IMG/VR virus record: IMGVR_UViG_3300005193_000001
Location: 186,001 to 250,000 of that record
DNA length: 64,000 nt
Source of the DNA: an uncultured virus (IMG/VR IMGVR_UViG_3300005193_000001)
Lineage: Duplodnaviria; Heunggongvirae; Uroviricota; Caudoviricetes
Direction: 5' to 3' (one strand)
The translations under genes and the position numbers were made by a program. The notes under the pieces were generated by a model, which saw only the letters and a list, made by a program, of their open reading frames with translations, searched no databases and was not told the DNA's origin. Every line of letters begins with the position of its first letter. Position 1 is the first letter of the stretch. Of the stretch, positions 38,870 to 50,224 are shown piece after piece.

Positions 38870-41800
38870 TGTTCTTGCAGAGCTTCATCAATGTATCCGA
38901 GTAAATCGTCGGCTCGTGCACCGATTATGTCGGTATGACTAGAAAGAGACTGAACGAACCTTTTGGCCCGTTCAACGTCTTCTATATTATACTCGTCATG
39001 TTCGGTATGCACCGCCAGATAAGGTCGTGCTAAATCTCTGGCGGGAAATTCTCCCTCAGAGTGCACCCTCAGCCCCGCGATCTCTTCCACAGGAACAGCC
39101 AAGTTATCGGTAACACCGAATCTTTTGTCACCTCTACTCATCTTTTTGTAGCCTATTTGGAAAAAGTTTAGCGTAATCGGTTCTGGACGTTTCTCCCAGA
39201 ATGTATTGATTATAATCGCCATCAGCGAATTCGGCACAGACCTGTCTAGCTACCTCTCCGGTGCCGGATTTCGTCTTAAAATTAAGTTCGGAAACCAGAA
39301 GATTAACGACAGGATGATCGCCAATGGAGCCTTCGAATTCGCCTTCTTCAATTTCCTGCTCCACGTGTTCAACTACCTCGTCCCGCAGCAGTTCCAGAAC
39401 TTCTGTGAAGCTCGAATGACGAGTGGTATCGTTCAAAACGCGGTCATAAATGTTCATTGTTGAAGCTTTGACCTTGTGAACTCGATAGCTTTGTCTCTAG
39501 TGATATTTTTCTTTGATTCTTCGCTCTTGATTTCATCGGGACTCTCTTCGAAATAAAAGACTTCAAGCCCACCATCGGTTCCGTATTCTATACCGACTGT
39601 CTTCTCGTTGTCTCCGATGAAGTAATTGACCTGAACACCACCTTTGACAAGAGGGAAGATCTCGAAGTCTGTATTTTCCTTCCACGCTTCACCTTCCAAT
39701 TCAGAGTGAATAGATTTGGCGAGTTCCAAAGCATCCTCGGAAATGGAGTTGCCTTTGCCATGATGCCACCCCTGCTCCAATTTCTCTAAATCGTCAAATG
39801 TCGTTCTGTACACGGCGACTGTATATGCCTATTTGTGAAAGTTCTTCTGATAGCGCCTCCACAGTTGGAAACGAACCCGCGACATGAATCTTCATTAGCT
39901 TCTCAAGTCTCTGAAAACGTTCACGAGTAGGTTCTTCGTGATCCAGAGGACCAGTGAAGACAACAGTATTCTCGGAGCTCTCGATTTTGATACCACACCA
40001 AAAAGCTCCGGAAATATCAGCGTCTTTCTTCATATAAACGACGAGCTTCGAAAATCCATCGTCAAGGTCTGGAGGAGAAGGAATTGCGGCTTCTTTGCGT
40101 TCCAGAAACACGTCACCCTCAGTCTCCACGTCTTCGAGACTCATAATGGAGTTCATACGCTCCACCTTGTCTTCGAAAGACATTCTATCTTTCGAATCGT
40201 ATCCCGGCCCGTAATCGTCGGGAATATCGTGGTCGTTCATGGTTCTCATAAAATTAGTGTTGGTTTACAGTTCGTAACCCTCTTCCGAATCAACCTTAAT
40301 CGGATCGTCACCTCTTGCGTATGCTACGGCTTTTTTCGCCTCTCTTAAACCGCAAGTACAATCCTCTTCGCTGCCAGAAAGGTCCCGAAGTTCCGGAGGC
40401 CCGGTTTGCATTAAGAGCTTGTCGCACGTGTCTGTATGTCCACGTTTCACCATATCTACGCACACTCGATAAAGACCGGGAGCAGCGTCTTGTAGGTTGG
40501 GGAGATCACTCACAATATATTAATTAGGGTTGTACTGCCTTTCGATAGAACCTTTGGGAATGATGATTTTTTCGTAGTCGTCCGGAGAAAATCCAACCGG
40601 AAAGTAAAAGGACCAATACACGGCCTCGTCCGTAAGCTCGAATTCGTGTTTCGAGATTTTCGGCTCCGTGGTGTCGGTCTCCATGATATAAGCATCGTTA
40701 GCATAAACCGACCTGCCGTGAATACCTTTAGGAGTATCGACATAGTAATAATATTTCTTAGACCCCGACACGCTACCGATGCCGAGAAAGAAGTTTCCCT
40801 CAGTCTCCATATTATTGCTCAAGGAGACCAACTTGTTCGTTTCTACTGCCTTCTCAAAATCATCGGGACTCGTAAGAAACAGTCCCGAAAACATGGCGAA
40901 TACAAGACCCACCATGGTTCCGAGAAGCCCGAAAGCCATGGTGGACTGTATCACCCTATCAATATCTCTTCCGACGAAGTAGCCGAAGATAGAGCTTGAG
41001 ATAAAGAAAAGAAAAGCAGTGACCATGTTCTAGATCAAATTAATTAAACGAGTCCAGCTTCGTTCCAACGCTTCGCGGCTTCGAGATCGGATTTGCCGAA
41101 CTCCTCGCGCAGCACCTTGGTAACTACGGAGTCGATTTCATCCATAATTTCCTTTCCGGCATCGTCGTGAATACCACTGACGGATGCGTCGATGAAGTTG
41201 TCGTCCAAGTAATCCTGCAGCCACCAGTATGCAGTTACGGGCATGTGGGTGTCTGCGCCGGAGTGGAACCGTGCCATCCTCCAGATGTACTGGATGAGCC
41301 CGTTGTCGTCGGGCTTGCTGGCACGAAGACCATTATCGATGTTACCGTAAGGCGCGATGCGACAAGCGATCTCTTCGGTATCGGGCAGAGAGAATTTCAT
41401 GGCGTGTGGTGGTTGGTGTTTCCCGTCTGATGCACCCTTTTACACGCGCAAGAAGGAGGATCGTTTCGTTGATCGTGTGAAGGCTTTTTGAAGCTAAAGT
41501 TCTTTTCTGTACCAATCAATGGTACTCTGAATGTCAACGTCTTCCAGATCCGTTAACTTCTCTGTAATGTCTAGAACATCCTCCGAAAGCTCTCCCTTCT
41601 TGTATTTCAACCACAGCGTCATACGATAGGCGAGATCTGGACGATCCAAGGTATACTGGAGAAAATAGTCCAGAAAATCTACGGCAAACCAGTACGTGAG
41701 AAAAGACAAAACGAAAAGAACGATCACCCAAAAGATGACGCCCCCAACGTAAAGCGAAGTAGTAATCATAACATACTATCGGTGATAATTAGCATCGTAC

Positions 41801-43005
41801 CAGATTCTGTAGTTTCCAATTTCCCACCCTCTCCTAAATCCAACATCGGTAGGAGAACGGCCTACACGAGTCTTGCTTTCGGTTCTCGTAGCTATCCTTA
41901 AACAGGCGGGAATTTCGAACTTTCTCCGGTGGAGTTATGTCGCGTTTCATAGTGAGATAATAAATCCTACAACAGCGCCACCGAGACCTTCTTCGTCGTG
42001 TCCGAACACTCGAATCAAGGGTTCGCTAGTCAAAATGTCGTGGAGGTCCTCATCGCTGTCGTATCCGCCTCGGTACACCCTAACTTCTCTACTTTGCTCG
42101 TCGGGTCCGTGTGGCGAGACTTGAATCATGAAGGAACGCCTTCCGTAGTCCGCTTGGAAATCGTAGTCCATGACACGCGGAATCTTGAAGCCAAGATAGT
42201 CGGCAACCTTATCCGCTACTTCTTGAGTGCTCTTCTGAAACTTGTCCATTGGTGAAGTTGGTAAATGAAGAAGAAGCTATTGAAGTTCTACTTCCACTAT
42301 TCTCGCGTCTTCCTTCTCGACCCGGTTCAGGTACCCGGCATCTTCGCGACTCCAATAACAACCAGTCTCTTCACGGGCGAGAGGTACGGTTTCTCCAACC
42401 TTGTCGCTGTACCACATCATAGAATCGGAGCACCGTTCGATGAACAACATTGTTTCCTTTTCGTCGTCGCTCATACCTTCCTCGTCTTCCGGAACTTCGT
42501 CAATAGAGAGCATGACCCTTCGGTCATCGTCACCTCCGGAAGGCAAAGTGCCAATCAAAGTCTGGGCATGAGCAACCTCCTGCGCCTCGGAGTGGCAACC
42601 GTCGTAGCTTCTGATTTCGCCGTCTTGGATACAGAGGAGGAACTTGGTGCAATCCGTCTTTTCGGGATTGTGTTCCACGACGAGATCGTGAAGGTTGATC
42701 GGAGCTTCATGCCGTCGATGATGCTCGTCTCCAGCTTCGTCGGCTTCTCGGCCACAAAGGGGACAGAAGTTGACTTTCGTTTCGTGCTTCTCGGTAAAGA
42801 GAACCATTTGGCCCTCGTCGTTTGTGAAGCACTTGACGTCGTCGTTGATGCAATAATGTGACATCCTATCGTTGATCGTATTTGATAGCATCTTGAGCAA
42901 GTCTGTCGGCCTCTCTGTTCCAGAAACCTTCGAGACCTCCGCCAACGCGATGAGCCTTAACGTGTTGAAATTTGAGTGCGAACCTCTGGTTGCCATAGTA
43001 CCCAC
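38866..43005 (-). other. cluster of about 10 small hypothetical CDS, including membrane protein 40520-41026 and Zn-ribbon protein 42277-42864
   Basis: Densely packed acidic ORFs. Confidence 0.6.
41440..41492 (-). promoter_or_regulatory. ECF-like promoter with 11-bp repeat boxes
   Basis: TTCA-N7-TTCA..GAAAC-N16-CGTGTAA upstream of ORF 41044-41400. Confidence 0.72.
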
Positions 43006-43318
43006 AAATCCGGTCGAGTTCAGTCTGGAAGTCGTCTCTGACGTCGGGGTCTCTGCCGTCTCGAATAGACTTCACTACACTCATAGAGTCGGTTTTGACC
43101 TCCATGAATTCCGGACTAAACTTCTCTCCCGCCAACCTGAGGCCGAGATAAATAATCCGGGCCTCGGCTGCATTAATGTCGGAGATATCGAACACCCTTT
43201 TGAGCTTCACGGTCTTGCTGCCATAAAAGATGATGGCCGCGCCTGCACCTCTGTCGTTCTGAGGCTGATAAAGGGCATCAGTGAAGATTGTGCAGTCTGG
43301 ATCTCTCTTGTATGACAT
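42866..43318 (-). CDS. rnhA: ribonuclease HI
   Basis: IFTDA, INAAEA, VKTDS, HVKAH, NREADRLA catalytic D-E-D-D pattern. Confidence 0.88.
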   Translation of the reverse strand: MSYKRDPDCTIFTDALYQPQNDRGAGAAIIFYGSKTVKLKRVFDISDINAAEARIIYLGLRLAGEKFSPEFMEVKTDSMSVVKSIRDGRDPDVRDDFQTELDRICGYYGNQRFALKFQHVKAHRVGGGLEGFWNREADRLAQDAIKYDQR

Positions 43319-43409
43319 GGGGGGGGTCGTCGATATTTCGACCGGGGATGCATGGGATCTCGCTCGCGAAGTACCCTATCGAGGGAAGCGGACTTCGCGA
43401 ACACCCCAT
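43313..43409. repeat. structured element, copy 1
   Basis: GACAT-G8-TC..TACCCTATCGAGGGAAG..GACT..TCGCGA..CCCCAT shared with 54.3 kb. Confidence 0.6.
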
Positions 43410-43412
43410 TTC

Positions 43413-43802
43413 TTAAAGCAACTCGGATTCAGCCCACTTTCTCATCTGCTCAGCCTCGGAACCCGCGCTGTTGTGTCCGCCCCCTGTCTTCCAGGCTTCA
43501 TAGAGATCTTCGGGAACCTCGGTGCCGAAACGCTCCCAATGCTCTCGGTGGAGGTCCATCGGCAAACCATCGCTTCCGTAGCTTCCGGAAACGGTGTAGG
43601 TGTGGCCACCGATTCGGGCTTTACCCATCATAAAATGACCGACCTGCTCCATCGCGACCTTACGCACCAGTCCCCGCAGAAGACCGTGCTCTACCTTCAT
43701 CACGTCTTCTGGAGTAGCGAGAATCAGAAAGTTACCCTGAGTATGCCGCTGGGTTCCGTCGCGGTCGTAGCGAGTGTGGGAATCGTCGTTTCCGATGTAC
43801 AT
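43413..43802 (-). CDS. hypothetical protein
   Basis: Probable start MYIGNDD after A/C-rich leader and promoter at 43839-43896. Confidence 0.7.
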   Translation of the reverse strand: MYIGNDDSHTRYDRDGTQRHTQGNFLILATPEDVMKVEHGLLRGLVRKVAMEQVGHFMMGKARIGGHTYTVSGSYGSDGLPMDLHREHWERFGTEVPEDLYEAWKTGGGHNSAGSEAEQMRKWAESELL

Positions 43803-43838
43803 GATAACATGCTGGTTGGTGAAAAGTGTCGCGGAAAA

Positions 43839-44143
43839 TTCAACACCGACGAAGATATCAGGTTTCAGATCTCCAAAGAGCTTCATGGGACTTTCACACG
43901 GTCCGTGCGCACGTGTACCAGACAGCTTACAAAACAAAAAGCTTGCGCATACATGCTCAGTGCGTTTGCACGGATGCCTGAGCGCTTGCGCTTCTTTTTT
44001 TTGTGTTTTTTGGTTACTTTTTTATATTTTTTTTATAGCTCGTGAACTTGAACCCATAGCTGTTCAGCTTCACGGTACTAGCGCGTGTGCACGAAGTTCT
44101 TCACGGAAGCTTAAAGAAACACGGGTATTCCTCAGGTGTTGAA
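43839..44143. promoter_or_regulatory. divergent promoter pair around a T-rich tract (major strand switch)
   Basis: GAAAC-N16-TGTTGAA on both strands, each with TT(C/A)A-N7-TT(C/A)A; T-tract 43992-44036. Confidence 0.7.
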
Positions 44144-44180
44144 GCTCGTGTACTCAAATTCACCAACCAACCCCGGTCAG

Positions 44181-44616
44181 ATGGAAACGGTAAAGTGGAC
44201 TTTCGAGAATAGAAATGGGGAAGTCGCCAAAGACGGTGAAGACCTTTTCACTATCGAGTCAGAGAAGAAAACACGAGAACTTGCCGTAGCATTTGGCGCT
44301 TCTCGGCTCATCGGACTCGACGAGAACGGAGATATCAACGAAGTCATAGACTTGGACTAATATGGATACACTTGACGGCATCCTGTACTTCGAAGTCAAC
44401 GTTCCAGACGAGTACTCGAATGAAGAAGCGAGAGAGTACCTTCATAGAGTAGCAAATATCGTCGAAGAAACGGACTTCGAAGACGAAGTTATGATTCTCG
44501 ACGAATCCGTGACCCCAAAATTTCTTCCGGTAGAAGGTATAGAAGAGACGAAGAAAATTCCCGTCGTACCTCACACCGTCGAAGGGGACGAGCTTAAAGA
44601 AATTATGACCGATTGA
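44181..44616 (+). other. two small acidic CDS (44181-44360, 44362-44616)
   Basis: First genes after the rightward promoter. Confidence 0.6.
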
Positions 44617-44622
44617 ACTCGG

Positions 44623-45015
44623 TTAAGCTGTAAAGGGGATCTCGAAGCCGTAGAACTCGTGACGGCGAGAGGGCTCGAAATAGTCTACACCATCAATGCT
44701 CTGAACGATTTCAGAGTTCCACGCCACGTTTTCTACCCTCTTCTTTAGTTCTTGCGGGGTTAGCCTGGAACTTTCCATGTCCCTTTCTGAGATTTCAATC
44801 ACGGCCTGATATCTACCGCTTCTTCGATCTATGGGGTCCGTCGAAATGTGGGCATCAACGACGCCTCGAAGCTCTTCACCGAGATAATCGATAAACGTTT
44901 GAGCTCTGTCTTCCGGATCAGCACGGAAGTCGTGCTGGGGACCGAGTTCATTCACTATGACCTTTCTTGCTTCCTCTCGGATGATTTTGACGAGTTCCGA
45001 TTCTGGTACCTTCAT
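44623..45015 (-). CDS. hypothetical protein (LVKIIREE motif)
   Basis: Counter-oriented gene with TACTTA 31 nt upstream. Confidence 0.7.
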   Translation of the reverse strand: MKVPESELVKIIREEARKVIVNELGPQHDFRADPEDRAQTFIDYLGEELRGVVDAHISTDPIDRRSGRYQAVIEISERDMESSRLTPQELKKRVENVAWNSEIVQSIDGVDYFEPSRRHEFYGFEIPFTA

Positions 45016-45395
45016 TATAGTATTTCGTAATCTTAGTGTTCAAACGTAAGTATAAGCTATGGATGACGACGTGACCATTATGGTCAATCTTAATCACCCT
45101 TGCTACGGAATCGACGTTCAACGAGACGTGTCGGAGTACGACGCGCAGATGATGGAACGTCAAGGCTACATTCGCCTCGAAGAGCTTCGAAAACTGGCAG
45201 GGGAACACAAGAACGATATCGATCTTTCGTACTGACAAGAAGGGGCGGTATTCAGGGCTTCCTTGATTTCAAAGCGGCAGCGAGATATCTCAAAGACCGA
45301 TACGTGCTTGTAAAGCTCGTGTGAACATCGAAACAACGTATGCCGTCTCGTGTTTGATTAAGTGCATTGATTTTCAACAACCACCACCAAGGACA

Positions 45396-45944
45396 ATGCA
45401 GATTGATCTTCACGAAATCAAGCGAAACGGAGACGACAGGAGAGACGTAATGGTCGCTAAGGAGGCTCTCGAACTCGCCCTGAAAGCGGAGCGGGGTGAG
45501 AGCCCGGTCGGTAAGATTAGGGCCAGAATCGTGGACAAACGGCACAGCAGCAGGATGGGGGGAATCCGGCTGGGCCTCAGAAAGTTCTCCGGTCACGGAG
45601 AAGTGACCCACCGCGCCCTGAAGTCTACAACCTTCGATTCTTCGGAGCTCGTGGAGAAGTACGACGAGCTTAAGGAGATTTACGAAATGAAGAAGGAGCG
45701 CCACAAGAAGGCGCAGAAGCGGAAGGAGAAGAAAAAGGATAAGGCTGAAGCCATCTTAGAAGAAATGAAAGAGGTCGTTGAAAATGTGGATGGCCTGGAG
45801 GAAAAGTTCGGTCGTATCCGTGAGTACAACTTCGGAGACGAAGATATTCGGATTAAGGCCAACTCCGACCACAAGGGGGTCAGTCTTAATCTGGACAATC
45901 TTACAATCGATCAATTTGCGCGGATTCTCGATACCTTGATCTAG
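45396..45944 (+). CDS. hypothetical protein
   Basis: Start MQIDLHE after A/C-rich leader and promoter 45311-45357. Confidence 0.7.
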   Translation: MQIDLHEIKRNGDDRRDVMVAKEALELALKAERGESPVGKIRARIVDKRHSSRMGGIRLGLRKFSGHGEVTHRALKSTTFDSSELVEKYDELKEIYEMKKERHKKAQKRKEKKKDKAEAILEEMKEVVENVDGLEEKFGRIREYNFGDEDIRIKANSDHKGVSLNLDNLTIDQFARILDTLI

Positions 45945-45945
45945 T

Positions 45946-48900
45946 ATGGGTTATTTCATCATCCTCCTTTCCGTTCTCTCCACTCTCGGCTTCGTGGTTG
46001 GTATCTACGCCGTCTGGAAGTCGGGGGTAAAGGAGCAGAATAGAGTGACAGGTGGCAAAGGAATAGCAATTGGGGGAGTAATAGCCATAGTGTTCGGAGT
46101 CTTTTTGCTGGTGGCTTCTACCCATGAGATGCGAAATCTCCACGATAGGATAGACGAAGCGGCCACAGATACTACTACTTCTCAAAATCAACAGATCAAG
46201 AACGAAACAGAGTAATGGAACTTGAAGGAAGAATTGAATACATTGACGGTCCGCCCATCGGCATCGATAGAGTGGACGTGGACCAGTGTTCTACCGGACC
46301 TGGAGGCACGGTTTATATCAGAGACGAAGACAACCGTGCCAAAATCCTGGCATCTTACACCTACACGGAAGAGAATGCGGAGCTTATCGCTACCTCCTTC
46401 AAGGTGGCAAAGATGGCGCGAGACAGAGGGTACGACCCCCTCGAAGCTGTGAAGGCTCTCCCTGCACTTCTTGATTTCGTGGAAACGTTCCATAGTTTTG
46501 AATTCGGGGTAGACGACCCGGAGTCGTTCCAGGGAACTATCGAAACGTCCATAGACCTTCTCAACGAGATCAGTCAATCGTGATTACTCCAGGACCTTGG
46601 CACTACAGAGAAGTTCCGGGCGGCCATTACGTGTCTTGTGAGACCGGGGTACGGCCTCCGAACGACGTCGTGATCTGCGAACTCAAAAACACGTCTGGGC
46701 ATGATGCCGAGGACAATGGCAAGGTCATAGAAGCCGCTGGAAATGCAGCTAACGCGATGGACGAAGACCCCGTAGAGGTATTTGAGGCCCTTCCGGATCT
46801 TTTGGAAGCGATGGATACTGACGTTCCGGCCTCTGCAGCGGAAATCATGAGAGAAGCCGCCGTTCGCCATCCGGGTAAAAAAGGGAAGGACATTCTTTAC
46901 AATCTCGCTGATAAGATAGAATCTTTTCTCGATGAAGAAGGTTGACCAAACCAAACTCATTGACGACCCCGGAACCGGAGACTGCTTTCGTGCTTGTGTG
47001 GCATCGGTGCTAGAACTTCCGTTGAGAGCCGTCCCTCATGTATGTGGTGACAGGCTTCGAGGGTATGAAATTGAGCTCAACGGCTGGTCCGTCGACAGTT
47101 GGTTCATGAACCTCAAGACTTGGGCAAAGCTCGTGGGTCTTGATACCGAAATCGTGAAGAGCGTTGAAGATTGGAAGGGCAGAGACATTAGGGGGAACCA
47201 CGTTATAGCTTCTGGTCCGAGTCCAAGAAGTCCCGAAGACACGCTCCATGGAGTCGTGATGGACACGAACGAAAGCATTGTTCACGATCCTCACCCTTCG
47301 AGAGCGGGGATAGAAAAGGTGCAAGACTACACGCTGTTCTTCGATATCGACGAATCAGTCCACTCACCATAACCATGCCACACTTTCGTAAAGGAGACAC
47401 GGTTTCTACTGACAAGGCTCCAGAACCTCCAAACAACTTGGACCTTGAAAGCGTTCCAATGCGGGGAGAGGTTCTCGCCACTTACGGTTCTCAGGTTCTA
47501 GTAGACTTCGGAGAAAACGGAGAACATTACATGCCTAAAGAGTGGTTCATGGAGGTTACGAAATTGCGAGAGATCATCGAGGGAATGTGGGCGCACGCCA
47601 AGGTCACGGAAGCGAAGTCGGACAGAGTGGAGTTTGACCTCTATGGTGCTCACTACAAGGTCATAGAAGATCCGCCAGGAGTAACAATACTTTCATCTTC
47701 GAACACTGCAAAGCTCATTCAAGAAGCAATAACCTACGTTTATGAACAAGATTGATTTCAACGACACTCGGCTCTCGAAGCTCGACCGCAACCAAATCCA
47801 GAAGCTTGTGGGGCGGAAAGCCCTATTCAAGCCTGATCTTCCGGGTAGTCCCATCGAAGGCACTATCAAGTCCGTGTCGCCTTCCGGGAATAGGATTAAC
47901 ATTCAGTGGGAAACCAGAAGTTCTGCTACCTGGACGGGGGTTCAAAGCATTAAGTTTCTCGAAGTCCTCGATCAGCCAATGGATCCCATCAAAGACATTG
48001 GTTCACTCCAAGAGCTTTCACGATGATGAACAGGTTCGAAACCCTAGTAAAATCTTTGAAGCAAGCCACGAACCAGAAAGAGAGAAACGAGGCACTCCGT
48101 GAGGCTGGAAAGGTGTTTCCAGTTATCATATTCGAAGACGACACCGTGCTTTCTCTTGCGATTTTCGACACGCGCTCCGATAGAGAAGCCGAGATCCACG
48201 AGCATGGAGGTGTGCACGAGAAGAAGTTCGTGGACGCCGAAGAATTTGAAGACCTTGTGGGGCACGAACCCGGCGTAGAGCACGTTTCTCCTCTCGGAAT
48301 TTAATACGGCCTTCACACGCCCGGATGAAACCCGGTGTTAAGACGTTCCGTTCAAATCCATGCACTAGCTTTTGAAAGAGTGAAAAGGTGCCATGAAAAC
48401 GCCGAGTACTACGCCTTTGCAAATGTTGACTTCCGCTCAATTCTGTTGGGCTCGAACGTTCGACAGGTATCGTGCATTGAACCTCACGATTTTGGGGAAG
48501 CCCAAGATCAGTGACGCCAAAATCGAGTACCTCACGAACGGAACTCGTCCTTCTCGATAACAAACCACCCCAACACAGTGCCTACTACTACCACAGAAGA
48601 CACTTCGACTTCACTTCCGCAAATTTCCGTTGATCGATACCATTCTCTTCGTCGTAGGGTCGAAGCCCGACTTCCTGACGCAGAAACGGCATTCAATAAC
48701 CATTCCAAGAGGTATGGGGTAATCGCCGCTCTCGACGTCAAGCTGTCGGACGTGCGACAAGCTCAGGGATACGACGAGTACACCGAGACCATTCGGCAAG
48801 CGGTGTCGGATCAAATCAGTGAAGCGGAAAACGGCCTGTATTATAACATTCACCTACAAAACTTCGAGAACGCAGTAGAGGCGCAACGGCAAAAGATCGA

Positions 48901-49257
48901 AGACGACTCCATTAGAAACCATACAATTTCCGACCTTGAAGACGAGGAAGAAGCTTACAAGAAGGGCCGTTTACACGCCCTTAATGCCGTCATGTTCTGC
49001 GAAGAGCTCATTGAGGAACTGAAATGACTTACTACAGAAACAAGGACAGACACAAAGAAGTCTTTCGGATTTCAGAAAGTGGTGAAATTTCGAAGCGGGT
49101 CGTAGACACCGAAAAGAAAGACGGCGAGATTCGTACCGTCTTCAAGTATTACAACAGCGGCCAACTCAGATACCACAAGCTTGATTCTGCGGACGAACTC
49201 GAAGAAGTGAGTCCAGAAGAGGTCGGGACTCACAAGCAGCTTGTTAGCAGCGTTTGA
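45946..49257 (+). other. operon-like run of about 10 small hypothetical CDS
   Basis: Overlapping stop/start junctions; includes TPGPW-type proteins. Confidence 0.65.
46932..47372 (+). CDS. papain/C39-like cysteine peptidase-fold protein
   Basis: Q..GDCFRACVASVL..HGVV..IVHDPHP Cys-His-Asp arrangement. Confidence 0.55.
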   Translation: MKKVDQTKLIDDPGTGDCFRACVASVLELPLRAVPHVCGDRLRGYEIELNGWSVDSWFMNLKTWAKLVGLDTEIVKSVEDWKGRDIRGNHVIASGPSPRSPEDTLHGVVMDTNESIVHDPHPSRAGIEKVQDYTLFFDIDESVHSP

Positions 49258-49267
49258 ACGGGTCGAT

Positions 49268-49450
49268 GGAGAGGTGGCGCAGTTGGAAAAGCGCATGGGG
49301 GCTCTCCCAACACTTACCGCCGACTAGCTATCGACACTTGGGGGTGTTGTGAACCTTACTGCCACGAGGCGTTGGGTTAGCTACCACGACGGCACTCGTG
49401 GTTCGGTGGGAAAGTGCCACCGGGCGTGGATTCAATTCCCACCCTCTCCA
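49268..49450 (+). ncRNA. tRNA-like RNA with 116-nt structured insertion
   Basis: Acceptor GGAGAGG/CCTCTCC-A, D-arm GCGC-AGTTGGAAAA-GCGC, T-arm GTGGA-TTCAATT-CCCAC, 4-nt anticodon loop. Confidence 0.7.
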
Positions 49451-49484
49451 CTCTATATTGCATCAACGATCTACAACCAGTCAA

Positions 49485-49580
49485 ATGTCCAGCGTCCATC
49501 ATGCCGGGGGTCAGAAGGGTTGCTTGTTAGGCATTGTCGTTATTGTCGTTTTTACCATCCTTACGCTCGTCACCGCGTAA
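49485..49580 (+). CDS. 31-aa membrane peptide
   Basis: MSSVHHAGGQKGCLLGIVVIVVFTILTLVTA after A/C-rich leader. Confidence 0.5.
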   Translation: MSSVHHAGGQKGCLLGIVVIVVFTILTLVTA

Positions 49581-49584
49581 GATC

Positions 49585-49636
49585 TTCACACGTGCTTCAC
49601 ACGCGCACGGAACCCGCATGCATGAGGCGCGTTAAA
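49585..49636 (+). promoter_or_regulatory. ECF-like promoter with 11-bp repeat boxes
   Basis: TTCA-N7-TTCA..GGAAC-N16-CGTTAAA. Confidence 0.65.
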
Positions 49637-49675
49637 GAAGGTGCAATTATCTTTCACCAACCACCGCTTTACGCC

Positions 49676-50221
49676 ATGAGAGGTTCTATCCAGGACACGT
49701 TGCCGAAAACGGAACTTTACAACGCCATGCAGGGTCCCGAGACCGGAGACAAGTCCGGTGCCGACGAAGGATGCTGCGTAGCGTGCAACCGCGAACTCGC
49801 TGACCCTTCGTTCGACGTTTGCGACGAGTGCGCGAAGAAGCTCGATGGCAACCCCGATTCGTCTCCGAAGGCCGGAACCAGCGTTGACGGGTACGACCCC
49901 AAGGACGTGGTACGGCTTCGGGAAGCTAACAACGCCCACAATGCAGCCGAAATCTTGGCTTCGATGATTCGGGACAAGTTTTTGATGGACGACGAGCACG
50001 ACGATTTGGTGCGAGTCGTGCACGGGGAAGACCGGAGCAGTGTCGTTTGGCCTTCGGGTCCATTCGAGTGGACTTTGGACGTCACAGACGGTTACGTGAT
50101 CGGTTCCACCGAGTTCGCGGATACCATGGGCCGCTCCAGTTCCGAGGTCTTTCCCGTTGACAGTGCGCACCTGCACGTCGAGCCTTACAACAACGTTTCT
50201 CTCTGCTTTTACGACAATTAA
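49676..50221 (+). CDS. hypothetical protein with CxxC..CxxC motif
   Basis: Start MRGSIQ; CVAC..CDEC; VVWPSGPFEW. Confidence 0.7.
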   Translation: MRGSIQDTLPKTELYNAMQGPETGDKSGADEGCCVACNRELADPSFDVCDECAKKLDGNPDSSPKAGTSVDGYDPKDVVRLREANNAHNAAEILASMIRDKFLMDDEHDDLVRVVHGEDRSSVVWPSGPFEWTLDVTDGYVIGSTEFADTMGRSSSEVFPVDSAHLHVEPYNNVSLCFYDN

Positions 50222-50224
50222 TTC

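Noticed and set aside
41821..41834. 14-nt match to the 3' end of the tRNA-like RNA (att-like)
   Set aside because: Several 14-mer matches are expected by chance in 64 kb and no integrase is present
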